From: Myxococcales bacterium
Lineage (GTDB): Bacteria > Myxococcota_A > Polyangia > Polyangiales > DASUME01
Length of the DNA: 64,000 bases
NCBI GenBank assembly: GCA_047601445.1
Contig: JASGJH010000001.1
Span: forward strand, 3,104,001-3,168,000
Direction of reading: 5' to 3'
Positions 40,700 through 50,560 of the stretch are shown here, in pieces. The notes under the pieces are model-generated. The model made no database searches and was not told where the DNA came from. It worked only from the letters and a program-made list of their open reading frames with translations. The stretch's first letter is position 1. Each line of letters starts with the position of its first letter. The position numbers and the translations under genes are program-made.

Positions 40700-43023
40700 G
40701 CGAACCTCTACGCGGCTCGGTCGGACGCGCTGTGCCCCACGAGGCCGCGGTGTTGCACGTCACCGGTGCCGCCAAGTACGTGGACGATCTGTTGCCGAGC
40801 GCGCTCGCGTCACGCGTCGCCCATGCGTGGCCGGTGCTGTCCACGCAGGCCCATGCGCGCATCAGCGCGCTCGACGCGAGTGCAGCGCGCGCCACGCCAG
40901 GTGTGCTGTGCGTCCTCGAGGCGAGCGACGTGCCAGGCGAGAACGACGTCAGCCCCATCCGACGGGACGAACCACTCTTCCCCCGCGTGGTGGAGCACCA
41001 CGGGCAAGCGCTGTGCTGGGTGATCGCCGAGAGCGAGAGCGCGGCGCGCATCGCTGCCGGCAAGGTCCAGGTGAGCTACGAGTCCTTGCCTGCGTTGCTC
41101 TCGCTCGAGCAAGCCATCGAGCAGCAGAGCTTTCTCAGCGAGCCCGAGCGCATGGCCCGCGGCGACGCCACCGCGGCACTCGCCAGGGCCCGCCACCGCT
41201 TGCAGGGTGAGCTGTACATCAAGGGCCAAGAGCACTTCTACCTGGAGACGCAGGCCGCCCTCGCCTATGTCGACGAGAGCGATCTCGTTCAGGTTCACTC
41301 CTCCACCCAGCACCCCACGCAAACCCAGGAGATCGTGGCGCGCGTGCTCGGTGTGCCGCGCAATCAGGTCGTCGTTCAATGCCTGCGCATGGGCGGTGCC
41401 TTCGGCGGCAAGGAGACCCAGGCCAATGGCTTCGCTGCGCTCGCGGCGCTGGCCGCCTTCAAGCTCGGACGTCCGGTGAAGCTCAGGCTGTCGCGTGGTA
41501 ACGACATGCGAATGACCGGCAAACGCCACCCATTTTTGGCGCGCTTCGACGTCGGCTTCGACGACGACGGCAAGCTCGAAGGCTTGGACCTCGCGCTGTT
41601 TAGCGACGGCGGCTACAGCCTCGACCTCAGCGCCCCCATCATGGCGCGCGCGATGTTCCACTGCGACAACTGCTACCTGCTCCCCAACGTGAGCATCGAG
41701 GGCCGCGCCTGTCGCACCAACTACCCCTCCAACACGGCGTTTCGTGGCTTCGGTGGGCCGCAGGGCATGGTGATTATCGAGGACATCCTCGACCGGGTGG
41801 CGCGACAGCTACGGCTTCCCCCTCACGTGGTGCGCGAGCGCAACTTCTATCGTGAGGGCGACACCACGCACTACGGGCAGCAGGTTAAAGACGCCGAGCG
41901 CATCGAGCGCCTCTGGAGTGAGCTCAAGCGCACGAGCCAATTCGAGCGACGGCTCGAGGAGATCCGCGCCTTCAACGCCCAACACGCGCAGCGCAAGCGG
42001 GGCATCGCCATCACCCCCGTCAAGTTCGGCATCTCGTTCACCGCCACCTTCTACAATCAGGCCGGCGCACTGGTGCTGATCTACAAAGACGGCACGGTGC
42101 AGGTCAACCACGGCGGCACCGAGATGGGCCAGGGTCTGCACACCAAGATCCAGCAAATCGCGGCCCACGAGCTCGGCCTGCCGCTCCGCGCCGTGCGCGT
42201 GATGCCGACGCGAACCGACAAGGTGCCCAACACCTCCGCCACCGCGGCCTCCAGCGGTTCGGACTTGAACGGCGCAGCGGTGCAGATCGCCTGCCGCAGC
42301 CTGCGCAGCGAGCTCGCCGAAGTGGCCTCCAACCAGCTCGGAGTCCACGCGGATGATCTCGAGTTCGACGCTGGCAAGGTGTACCCGCGGGGCGAGGAGC
42401 CGCGCGCGTTGCCATTCTCCAAGCTGGTGGAGCTCGCCTACTACGAGCGGCGCCCACTATTCGCGAGCGGCTTCTATCGGACGCCCGAGATTCACTACGA
42501 TCCCAAGCTCGGACGCGGCAAACCGTTCCACTACTACGCCTATGGCGCTGCCGTGAGTGAGGTCGAAGTCGATGGTTTCACCGGGCATTACAGGTTGCTC
42601 CGCGCGGACCTGCTGCACGACGTCGGAAGCTCCACCTCACCGCTGGTCGATCGCGGACAGGTCGAAGGCGGATTCCTGCAGGGCGTCGGCTGGCTCACCA
42701 CCGAGGAGGTCGTGTGGAGTTCCCAGGGAGCCCTGGAGAGCGCGGGGGCCTCGACCTACAAGCTCCCCAGCCTCGGAGAGTGTCCCCTCGAGTTCCACGT
42801 GCATTTGCTCGAGCGCGCCCACGAGTCCGGTGTGGTGCACGGCAGCAAGGCGGTGGGCGAACCCCCGTTCATGCTGGCCATCAGTGTGCGCGAAGCATTG
42901 CGCGGCGCTGCAGCGGCCTTCGGTGTGGAGCAAGGCCCCGTGAGCCTGAGCGTGCCGGCCACCCCCGAGGCCGTGTACTGGGCGCTGACCAGCGTGCGTG
43001 GCCGGGGGCGTGCCGCCGAGTGA
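40696..43023 (+). CDS. xdhB: Xanthine dehydrogenase molybdopterin subunit
   Basis: QEHFYLE, RMGGAFGGKE, FRGFGGPQG, PNTSATAAS, SKAVGEPP. Confidence 0.95.
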   Translation: MSEPLRGSVGRAVPHEAAVLHVTGAAKYVDDLLPSALASRVAHAWPVLSTQAHARISALDASAARATPGVLCVLEASDVPGENDVSPIRRDEPLFPRVVEHHGQALCWVIAESESAARIAAGKVQVSYESLPALLSLEQAIEQQSFLSEPERMARGDATAALARARHRLQGELYIKGQEHFYLETQAALAYVDESDLVQVHSSTQHPTQTQEIVARVLGVPRNQVVVQCLRMGGAFGGKETQANGFAALAALAAFKLGRPVKLRLSRGNDMRMTGKRHPFLARFDVGFDDDGKLEGLDLALFSDGGYSLDLSAPIMARAMFHCDNCYLLPNVSIEGRACRTNYPSNTAFRGFGGPQGMVIIEDILDRVARQLRLPPHVVRERNFYREGDTTHYGQQVKDAERIERLWSELKRTSQFERRLEEIRAFNAQHAQRKRGIAITPVKFGISFTATFYNQAGALVLIYKDGTVQVNHGGTEMGQGLHTKIQQIAAHELGLPLRAVRVMPTRTDKVPNTSATAASSGSDLNGAAVQIACRSLRSELAEVASNQLGVHADDLEFDAGKVYPRGEEPRALPFSKLVELAYYERRPLFASGFYRTPEIHYDPKLGRGKPFHYYAYGAAVSEVEVDGFTGHYRLLRADLLHDVGSSTSPLVDRGQVEGGFLQGVGWLTTEEVVWSSQGALESAGASTYKLPSLGECPLEFHVHLLERAHESGVVHGSKAVGEPPFMLAISVREALRGAAAAFGVEQGPVSLSVPATPEAVYWALTSVRGRGRAAE

Positions 43024-43050
43024 GCCTCGACGACATCCCCCAAGGGGTTC

Positions 43051-43296
43051 CTAGTGCGTGTGGCTCTCGCGACCGTACTCGCTGAGCATTTGCACCACAC
43101 TCTCCACCGACGAGAAGCGATCGAGGGTGAGCCCCTCGAGGTCGAGCGGGATGCCCAGATCCTGATCGATGAACGTGATGAGCTGCAGCAAAGATACCGA
43201 GTCGAGCACCTGGCTCAGCGCATCCTCGCCCGGATCGAACTCGGGCTCCATGTTCTCGCGGATATATCCGACGATGCGTTCGTAACGACTCATCAC
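43051..43296 (-). CDS. Acyl/aminoacyl carrier protein
   Basis: 81 aa, acidic, LDSVSL phosphopantetheine serine motif. Confidence 0.8.
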   Translation of the reverse strand: MMSRYERIVGYIRENMEPEFDPGEDALSQVLDSVSLLQLITFIDQDLGIPLDLEGLTLDRFSSVESVVQMLSEYGRESHTH

Positions 43297-44615
43297 TCTT
43301 CTCCCTCTCTTGGTCGCACACGCGCGTCACCGCACGCTCCGACCCCGCTCGACCGGGCGAATTCGCCATGGCGCTTGCGGGACGAGATCTCGAGCACGAG
43401 CTGAGGCGAGGTCCCCTCCACGATGACCTCCACGGGCAGATCGTGGCTGATGAAATGAGCCGGACTTGCCGTGACACCATAGGCGCCACTGCAGTGGATT
43501 CCGATCACATCCCCGACTTGGAGCTCGGGCAGCATTACCCCTCGCCCGAGCACGTCGATGGTGGTGCATAGCGGGCCGTAGAGATCGAATGCACGAGGCG
43601 CGCCTGCAGCCGTGCCGGACTGTGCGCTCACTTTGAATAGACGATAGTTGCGGTGCAACGCCATCCCCAGATGACCACACGCCCCGAGGTGGTGGTTCAT
43701 ACCGCCGTCGAAGGTAGCGATCTCGCTGCCTCGCGAGCGCTTGCGGTTCACCACGCGGGTCAGGTAGATGCCGGCTTCGCCCACCAGGTAGCGACCCGTC
43801 TCGAGCAAGAGCTCGGTGTCCGCGAAGCGCGGCTCGGCCTTGAACGCGCGCAGCTGCGGCAGCGCCAGCTCGGCCACCGCGTGGGCGTCCACAGAGCGGT
43901 CCTTGTCGTGGTATGGGATGCCGAAGCCGGAGCCGAATACGAGCTTCTGCGGGACGATCCGGTGCCCCTCGCAGAGCGTCCGAAAGATCTCGATGAAGAG
44001 CTGATAATTCCCGGCGATGGCGTCGGGCTTGAGGCATTGGGTGCCCGAGTAGATGTGGAACCCCACGAGGTCGAGCCCGGGCAGGTCGAGAATGCACGAG
44101 AGCGCCTCGTGGGCGTCCTCCTCGTCGATGCCGAACTGGCACGGCCGACCGGCCATGTTGACGCCGAACCCCTTCGGCACGCGGCTCGGCGCGATGCGCA
44201 CCAGGATGCGCTGCACCTTGCCGGCCCCCTGGGCGATGCGGCTCAACTCGCGCGCCTCACGCACGGACTCGACCACGACTTCACCGATGGCATGCTCGAC
44301 CGCGAGCTCCAGGTCCTCGTGGCTCTTGGCGGGCCCCGTGAAGCTGATCTTGTCGGCTGGATAGTCGAGCCCCAGCGCGATGCGCAGCTCGCCCCCCGAC
44401 GATACGTCGAGCGTGTCGACCCAACTGGCGAGCCGAGACACCACGCCTGGATGGGGATTGCACTTCATGGCGTAGCTCACGCCGAAGAGGCCCTGGAAGG
44501 CGGCGCGCAGGCTGTGTACGCGGGTCTGCACGTCGTCCATGAAGTAGACGAAGCAAGGAGTGCCGTGACGAGAGGCGATCTCGTCGAGGAGCTGTCTGCG
44601 CTGGTCCATCGTCAT
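43293..44615 (-). CDS. Type III PLP-dependent decarboxylase (BtrK/exosortase-associated decarboxylase-like)
   Basis: YAMKCN, DVSSGGE, FTGPAK, HIYSGTQ, ETGRY, GPLCT, GAYG. Confidence 0.82.
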   Translation of the reverse strand: MTMDQRRQLLDEIASRHGTPCFVYFMDDVQTRVHSLRAAFQGLFGVSYAMKCNPHPGVVSRLASWVDTLDVSSGGELRIALGLDYPADKISFTGPAKSHEDLELAVEHAIGEVVVESVREARELSRIAQGAGKVQRILVRIAPSRVPKGFGVNMAGRPCQFGIDEEDAHEALSCILDLPGLDLVGFHIYSGTQCLKPDAIAGNYQLFIEIFRTLCEGHRIVPQKLVFGSGFGIPYHDKDRSVDAHAVAELALPQLRAFKAEPRFADTELLLETGRYLVGEAGIYLTRVVNRKRSRGSEIATFDGGMNHHLGACGHLGMALHRNYRLFKVSAQSGTAAGAPRAFDLYGPLCTTIDVLGRGVMLPELQVGDVIGIHCSGAYGVTASPAHFISHDLPVEVIVEGTSPQLVLEISSRKRHGEFARSSGVGACGDARVRPREGEE

Positions 44616-46264
44616 CCCGCTGGTTGAGTGTCCGAGAGCATCTGCACGGCTTGTGCCGCGAGGCTGACGCGATCTGGCTTACCGCTGGCGGTGCGGGGCA
44701 AGCTCTCCCGCAGGCACAGCAACTCGGGAACCATGTACGAAGGCACTTGCCGCTGCAGGCGCACGCGAAGTTCACGCGCGTCCACCTGGGCCGAAGGTTC
44801 GGGAATGACGAACGCCACCAGCTCGGTTCGCGACGCCGTACGCGCGACGATCACCTCGACGCTGGCGACACCCGGCAGGGCCGCGATCTGATTGCGTACT
44901 TCGCCGGGATACACGCGATTGCCCTGGATCTTGGCCATGTCATCGCGACGACCGCTCAGGTACAGATAACCCTCTGCGTCCAGATAGCCGATGTCGCCGG
45001 TGAAGATCACCTTGGGGCTCGGATCCGCGGGGCCGTGCCACGGGTTCTCGCGCAGCTTGCGCTGCGGATCGCTGCCGTCGAGATAGCCGAGCATCACACC
45101 GAGCCCGCTGTGCACCACTTCGCCGGACTCACCAGGCTCCGCGAGCGTTCCATCGTCACGCGCGATGTACAGGTGCACTCCCAGGAAGGGACGTCCGACG
45201 CTGCCCGGACGGCCCGCATACTCGTCGGGACGAAGCGAGCTGGCCCGGAAGGCCTCGGTTTGACCGTAGGTCTTGAAAATCTGGATACCGCGCGCCACCG
45301 CGGGCAGACGCTCGTGCTGGGCCCGCGTCATATCTCCGCCCGAGACCGTGATGTAACGCAGCTTGCGGTGCGCATCGGCGCGATCGAAGGCCCCCCCTTC
45401 GCGCATCAAGTCGGCCCAAATGGAGGGCACACCCGAGATGCCCGTCACGCCGCGCGCAGCACTGACCCGCAAGATGTCGCGGGGCAGCCACGAGTCGAGC
45501 ACGACGAGCTCCGCGCCCACCGTGATGGCCGAGAGGAGCTGATTGAGCCCGACGTCGAAGGAGAAGGGCAGCACGTTGAGCAGCACGTCCTGCTGGGAAA
45601 GCCCATACCAGGCCACCTCCGCCAACGCGCGCGCCCGCAGGTCCGCGCAGCTGATCAACACGCCCTTGGGCAGGCCCGTGGAGCCCGACGTAAACAGGCA
45701 AGCGCCCGCACGCTGAGGCGTCTCGTGCCCTTCCGGCATGTGCGTGGTCGCCACGGGCGTCCATGACTCGGTACACTGCTGGGCAGCAAGGCGCTCGTAG
45801 GCCTTGCGCGACAGGCGGGACAGCTCGGCCTCGCCGAGGACCAACCAGCGCGTGCCGAAGAGCGGAGAGTCGTCGCTCAGCTCACCGCGCAGCGCATTCA
45901 GGCCAACCTCGTCGATCAGGGCGCATGGCGAGCGGGTGGCCGCCACGATGTGCTCGATCTGGGGGATGCGCAGCTTTTGGTTCACGCAGCAGAAGGCGCG
46001 ACCGACACTGAGCGCACCGAGCATGGCCGCCGCCGCATCGGCGCCACGCGCCAGGCACAGCGGCACCACCTGTCCGGGCTGGGTGCGGCGGTCGAACAGC
46101 TGGGCAAAGGCGCGTACCCGTTGGAGCAGATCGGCGTAGCTGGTCTCGTCGAAGCGACCATCTCCCAGGTGCACCGCGATCGCCGTTTTCTCCGCTTGTT
46201 CGCGCGCGTGACGTTCGAGTAGGCCGAGCCATGCGCCGTGCGCGGAGGCCTCCATGCTACTCAC
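44612..46264 (-). CDS. AMP-binding acyl/aminoacyl ligase
   Basis: FTSGSTGLPKG, PFSFDVGLNQL, YGQTEAFR, TGD, GRRDD, PRTASGK. Confidence 0.88.
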   Translation of the reverse strand: MSSMEASAHGAWLGLLERHAREQAEKTAIAVHLGDGRFDETSYADLLQRVRAFAQLFDRRTQPGQVVPLCLARGADAAAAMLGALSVGRAFCCVNQKLRIPQIEHIVAATRSPCALIDEVGLNALRGELSDDSPLFGTRWLVLGEAELSRLSRKAYERLAAQQCTESWTPVATTHMPEGHETPQRAGACLFTSGSTGLPKGVLISCADLRARALAEVAWYGLSQQDVLLNVLPFSFDVGLNQLLSAITVGAELVVLDSWLPRDILRVSAARGVTGISGVPSIWADLMREGGAFDRADAHRKLRYITVSGGDMTRAQHERLPAVARGIQIFKTYGQTEAFRASSLRPDEYAGRPGSVGRPFLGVHLYIARDDGTLAEPGESGEVVHSGLGVMLGYLDGSDPQRKLRENPWHGPADPSPKVIFTGDIGYLDAEGYLYLSGRRDDMAKIQGNRVYPGEVRNQIAALPGVASVEVIVARTASRTELVAFVIPEPSAQVDARELRVRLQRQVPSYMVPELLCLRESLPRTASGKPDRVSLAAQAVQMLSDTQPAG

Positions 46265-46847
46265 CGTCCGCTCCTTCCGTGGTGGCCCCGCCCCGAATCT
46301 TGCGCAGGCTGGGACGAGCCTCCGCGGAGTCGCTGGCGTTCAGGCGCAGACGACTGGCGTCGGCAGTCGACCGGGCCGGCACGCCGATGGCGATGGCGCC
46401 CGGCGGCACATCGGAGATGACGAGGGAGTTCGCTGCGACGCGGGCCCCTTGCCCGATGGTGACACCGCCCAACACGCTGGCGTTACAGCCGATGAAGACG
46501 TCGTCCTCGATGACGGGCGCTTCGGGCCCCATATTGCTGCCGATGGTGACACCGTGCATGACGCCGACGCGATTACCGATGACGGCCTCTGGATGAATGG
46601 AGACGGCCCCGGCGTGGACGATGTGAAAGTCCGCTCCAATTTGGGTCGTACACTCCAGATCGACGCCGGTGAAGAAGGTGACGATGGGCTTGATCTGCCC
46701 GTAGGCCAGGGAGCACGTGCGTCGCCACACGGGGTTCTCCCGGTGCATGGACCAGCGACCAAAGCGATACACGACCAGTGCCCAAAAGCCTCCGCTGCGC
46801 AGGGAGTGACCGTGGCACCGAAAGTCGCTTGCGATTTCCTCGAGCAT
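46257..46847 (-). CDS. Serine acetyltransferase-like hexapeptide (LbH) acyltransferase
   Basis: YRFGRW, hexapeptide repeats, IGCNASVLG, ANSLVISDVP, GVPAR. Confidence 0.82.
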   Translation of the reverse strand: MLEEIASDFRCHGHSLRSGGFWALVVYRFGRWSMHRENPVWRRTCSLAYGQIKPIVTFFTGVDLECTTQIGADFHIVHAGAVSIHPEAVIGNRVGVMHGVTIGSNMGPEAPVIEDDVFIGCNASVLGGVTIGQGARVAANSLVISDVPPGAIAIGVPARSTADASRLRLNASDSAEARPSLRKIRGGATTEGADGE

Positions 46848-47121
46848 GCCAACCGTCCGGGTTCGAGCGCACGCTTGCGCGCGCCATACCAGCAGAGCGC
46901 GCGGTGGCGCCCAGGCAGAACGGCGCATACCGCATCGTCCGTTGCCTCATCCAGGCTAACACGCTTAGGAAGCTCAGGTAATCAGAGCTCCCTTCAAAAC
47001 ATCGGTTTTTGGCGGCTAAAAGCGTGCGAACACGTGCGGACACGCGCATCAAGCGCGCTTCGATTCGCGCGGCACGCCGGTAGCCCTTTCGTTGCGCAGG
47101 CTCGATTGCGGATTCAGGAGC

Positions 47122-48210
47122 TCAAGCCTTGGCGCGAGCCAAGCGCAAGGGCGCCACACTGTTGCTCATCGGACTGCGCGCGAGCTTCTCTTCGACCATC
47201 GCGTCGGCGATTTGCTGACTTGGGCAGCCGGCGGCTTCGGCGCGCTCCAGGATCTCCAAGATGGTGTCGTAGATGCGCTCGGTGCGGCTGCGTACCTTGA
47301 GTGGGTCGTAGCCCATCGTCTCCTGAGCGACGTGGATCAACCCTCCAGCGTTGATGGCGTAGTCGGGCGCGTAGACGATGTCGCGCTCCCGCAGCTGCTC
47401 GCCATGCCTCGACTCCGCGAGCTGATTGTTGGCCGCGCCGGCGACCACCTTGCATTTCAACTTGGGGATGGTGTCGTCGTTGAGGGCTCCGCCGAGGGCG
47501 CAGGGAGCGAACACGTCGCAGTCGACGCGATAGATCTCGTCGAGCGACACGGCACGGGCAGCGAACTCCTGCACCACGCGCTCGACCTTGTGGGGATCGA
47601 CATCGGCCACGGTCAGACGTGCTCCGCGGTCGCGCAGCTCTCGGCACAGGTGATAGCCGACGTTGCCCACGCCCTGCACAGCTACGTGGACGTCGACCAG
47701 CGAGGTCTTACCGAGCGCGAAGCGCACCGCGGCCTCGAGCCCGCGACGAACTCCCAGCGCGGTGCTCGGAGAAGGATCGCCGCTTCCGCCGTGGCTCTGG
47801 GCGGCGCCGGTCACGTGCCGCGTCACCGAGCGGATCACGGCCATGTCCTCGAGGGTCGTGCCGCTGTCTTCGGCGGTGATGTAGCGGCCGCCGAGTTCGT
47901 CGACGAAGCGCCCGAAGGCACGGAACAAGTGGGTGCGATCGAAGGCCTGGTGGGGCCGCATGATCACGCTCTTGCCGCCGCCGAAGGGGACCCCAGCCAG
48001 CGCCGCCTTGTAGGTCATGCCGCGCGAGAGGCGCAGTGCGTCGCGCAGCGCATCCCGCTCGTGGGCGTATTCGATGAAGCGGCAACCACCGAGCGCGGGG
48101 CCCAACCGCACGTCATGAATCGCGACGATCGCGCACAGCCCCGACGCAGCGTCGCGCTTCACATGGAGCTCCCCGAAATCGTGCTCGGCCATCTGCGCGA
48201 ACCATTCCAT
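47122..48210 (-). CDS. Leu/Val/Phe dehydrogenase
   Basis: GPALGGCR, MTYK, GGGKSVI, YITAEDSG, QGVGNVG, GAANNQL. AAGGAG RBS. Confidence 0.92.
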   Translation of the reverse strand: MEWFAQMAEHDFGELHVKRDAASGLCAIVAIHDVRLGPALGGCRFIEYAHERDALRDALRLSRGMTYKAALAGVPFGGGKSVIMRPHQAFDRTHLFRAFGRFVDELGGRYITAEDSGTTLEDMAVIRSVTRHVTGAAQSHGGSGDPSPSTALGVRRGLEAAVRFALGKTSLVDVHVAVQGVGNVGYHLCRELRDRGARLTVADVDPHKVERVVQEFAARAVSLDEIYRVDCDVFAPCALGGALNDDTIPKLKCKVVAGAANNQLAESRHGEQLRERDIVYAPDYAINAGGLIHVAQETMGYDPLKVRSRTERIYDTILEILERAEAAGCPSQQIADAMVEEKLARSPMSNSVAPLRLARAKA

Positions 48211-48611
48211 GGCGTGTACTCCTTGTTCTGTTTGAGCCGGCCTCACCTCGTTCCACTGCTGGCGGAGCCGCTCCACTCGATCATCTAACCCATGCCCGTC
48301 CGGAGGCATGAGTGGACTCACAAGGGCGAGAGGAAGCGCGCTCGCGCGGTTGCATGCCGGCGTACCAAGCGCGCACCCCACCCGCGCAGGTAAGCGGCGC
48401 ATGACTCGCCGCGTAAACACCGAAGATTCGGCGAGTTGTGAGGTTCGGCGCGCTGGCCATGCCGCAGCCCGGGCCGCTTGCCCAGGCTTCGCCCGGGGCG
48501 CCTGGATCCCCCGACTCCCCCTTTTTTTGTGGGTCTTTGCCCCCTGCCGTTAGGCTTTGTCCCACAGGTTCGAGCGCGCGGAGGGGCGCGCCCAGCAAAA
48601 CGAGGTGTTCC

Positions 48612-49106
48612 GTGCGCGAAATCCTGCTCTCCGCCCGTGACCGATCCGTCCTGCGTCGGCTCGTGCGCATGCCCTGCCAAGTCGTGGAGGAAGAGTGCTT
48701 CTCCTTGCTGGCGAGCGAGACCCTCGACGTCTCCGTAACCGGGATGCGCGTGCGCGCGATCGTGCCGGCCGCCGTGGGCACCAAGGTGCTCGTCTCGTTT
48801 CGCGTGCCAGGTTCGAGCCTCTACATCGACGTGGACGCAGAGGTCGTGCGCGTACTCTGGGGCCGTCGTAAGGGCGACCAGTGCTCGGCGCTGGGCCTGC
48901 GCTTTCTGAACCTATCCCGGATCGACCGCGCCATTCTGGGTTCGCGCCTGCAGGGCCTGCCGCCGCCGCGCCCCGAGCGCGAGCTGCGCTTCGACTACGC
49001 GAGCACCGTGCTCTCGCTGTTCAATTCGAGCATTCGCTCGAGCTTCCGTGCGAGCACCGCGCCCCTGGCGCGCAGCCTGAGCGGACTCGCTGCGGCCCCG
49101 GGCTGA
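48612..49106 (+). CDS. PilZ domain protein
   Basis: RSVLRR, DVSVTGM, GLRF motifs. GAGG RBS before GTG. Confidence 0.75.
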   Translation: MREILLSARDRSVLRRLVRMPCQVVEEECFSLLASETLDVSVTGMRVRAIVPAAVGTKVLVSFRVPGSSLYIDVDAEVVRVLWGRRKGDQCSALGLRFLNLSRIDRAILGSRLQGLPPPRPERELRFDYASTVLSLFNSSIRSSFRASTAPLARSLSGLAAAPG

Positions 49107-49118
49107 TCGCAGTTCTAC

Positions 49119-50529
49119 ATGGATCGCGTCGAGCCAGGGGAGCATCGCCACGGCCTCGGCCTCAGAGCCCAGATCCTCCTGGCACTCGGCACGGCCTTCT
49201 TGCTGTCCTTTACGGTGCTCGGCGTCATCGTGGTGCAGCTCGCCCACAAGGCCCAGGACGTCGAGCGCAGCCGTCGCGGTCTGGCGCTGTCCGAGGCGCT
49301 CGCGGTCACCATGCAGGCAGCGCGCGACGAGCTCGACGAGCGAGAGACCATCGAGCGCTTGCTGGGTCGCGCCGACATCACAGGCCTCGAGCTCGTCAAC
49401 CTCGACGGGACCCGGCTCGCTGCCGGCAGCCGACCGGGCAAGGCCGCCGCCATGACCACGCTGGCCGACGGCCGTGTGCTCGCCCTGTGGAGCGCGCCGC
49501 TCGACGCCGAGGCGACCGGCCCCTTGGGCCGCCTCTTGCGCCTCTACTTGCTCTTGACCGGTGTGCTCATCCTGATCATCGCGTACGTGGCGTTGACGCG
49601 CCTGATCGTGCGGCCTGTCGAGGACCTAACGCGCGCCTCGGAGCGCCTGGCGAGCGGCCCCCTGAGTGGTGCCCTGAGCACGGCGGCGCCCGTGGCTGGC
49701 GCGGCCGAAGTCGCTCGTTTGGCCATTAGCTTCAACCGCATGGCGCGCGATCTGCGCGCCGACCGCGCGGCCCTCGAAGCGCGCCTGGCCGAGCTCGAGC
49801 GCGCCACGCGAGAGCTGCGCTCCACGCAGGACCAGCTGATCCGCAGCGAGAAACTGGCCAGTGTGGGTCGACTCTCGGCCGGCGTGGCCCACGAGAATCG
49901 GGAACCCCTTGGCGGCCATCCTGGGCTTCGTGGAGCTCCTACAGGCAGGCGGGCTCGAGCCTTCGGACGAGCGCGAGTTCCTGCGCAGGGTCAAGAGCGA
50001 GGTCGAGCGAATCCACCGCATCATCCGCGAGCTGCTCGACTACTCGCGCGCCGAACCCGTGGCCCAAGCCGACGAATCGAGCGACCTGGCCCACGTGGTC
50101 GAAGAATCGGTCAAGCTGGTGGCGCCGCAGAAGGACCTCCGCAACATCACCATCGAGCGGCGTTTCGCCGAGCACACCTCCCGCGTACGCGGTGCGGAGG
50201 GCGACTTGACCCAACTGGTGTTGAACCTACTGCTCAACGCGGCCGACGCCGTGAACGGAGACGGCTCGATCCTCATCGAGCTGAGCGAGCCCGCCGAGCA
50301 GCCGGACCAGGTCGTGCTGGCGATCAGCGACAGCGGCTGCGGCATCCCCGAGGCGCTAAAAGACAAGCTCTTCGAGCCCTTCGTAACCAGCAAGCCGCCC
50401 GGCAAGGGCACTGGCCTCGGGCTCGCGGTGTCTCACGCCATCGTGCTGCGCCTGGGCGGCAGTATCCGCGGCGACAATCGAGCCTCCGGCGGGGCGCGCT
50501 TCGAGGTGCGTCTCCCCAAGCGGCGCTGA
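49119..50529 (+). CDS. HAMP-domain sensor histidine kinase with a frameshift at 49896 (probable sequencing error)
   Basis: Two TM helices and HAMP. Deleting one A restores the H-box AHEIGNPL and joins NLLLNA, DSGCG, FEPF, GTGLGL. Confidence 0.85.
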
Positions 50530-50560
50530 GCCCGGTCGCGGACTAATATTCCAGGTTCGC

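Noticed and set aside
43293..44615. Housekeeping diaminopimelate decarboxylase lysA
   Set aside because: Motifs (HIYSGTQ, GPLCT) and coupling to an ACP and ligase fit the BtrK-like subgroup better.
46257..46847. cysE partner of cysK
   Set aside because: Short, lacks the helical N-terminal CysE domain, and is coupled to the ligase cassette about 34 kb from cysK.
49890..49900. Programmed frameshift or true pseudogene in the HAMP kinase (same for sites at 996, 62285, 62487, 63236)
   Set aside because: No slippery heptamer or long homopolymer, no other decay, and all sites share the GATC context, so systematic sequencing error is more likely.
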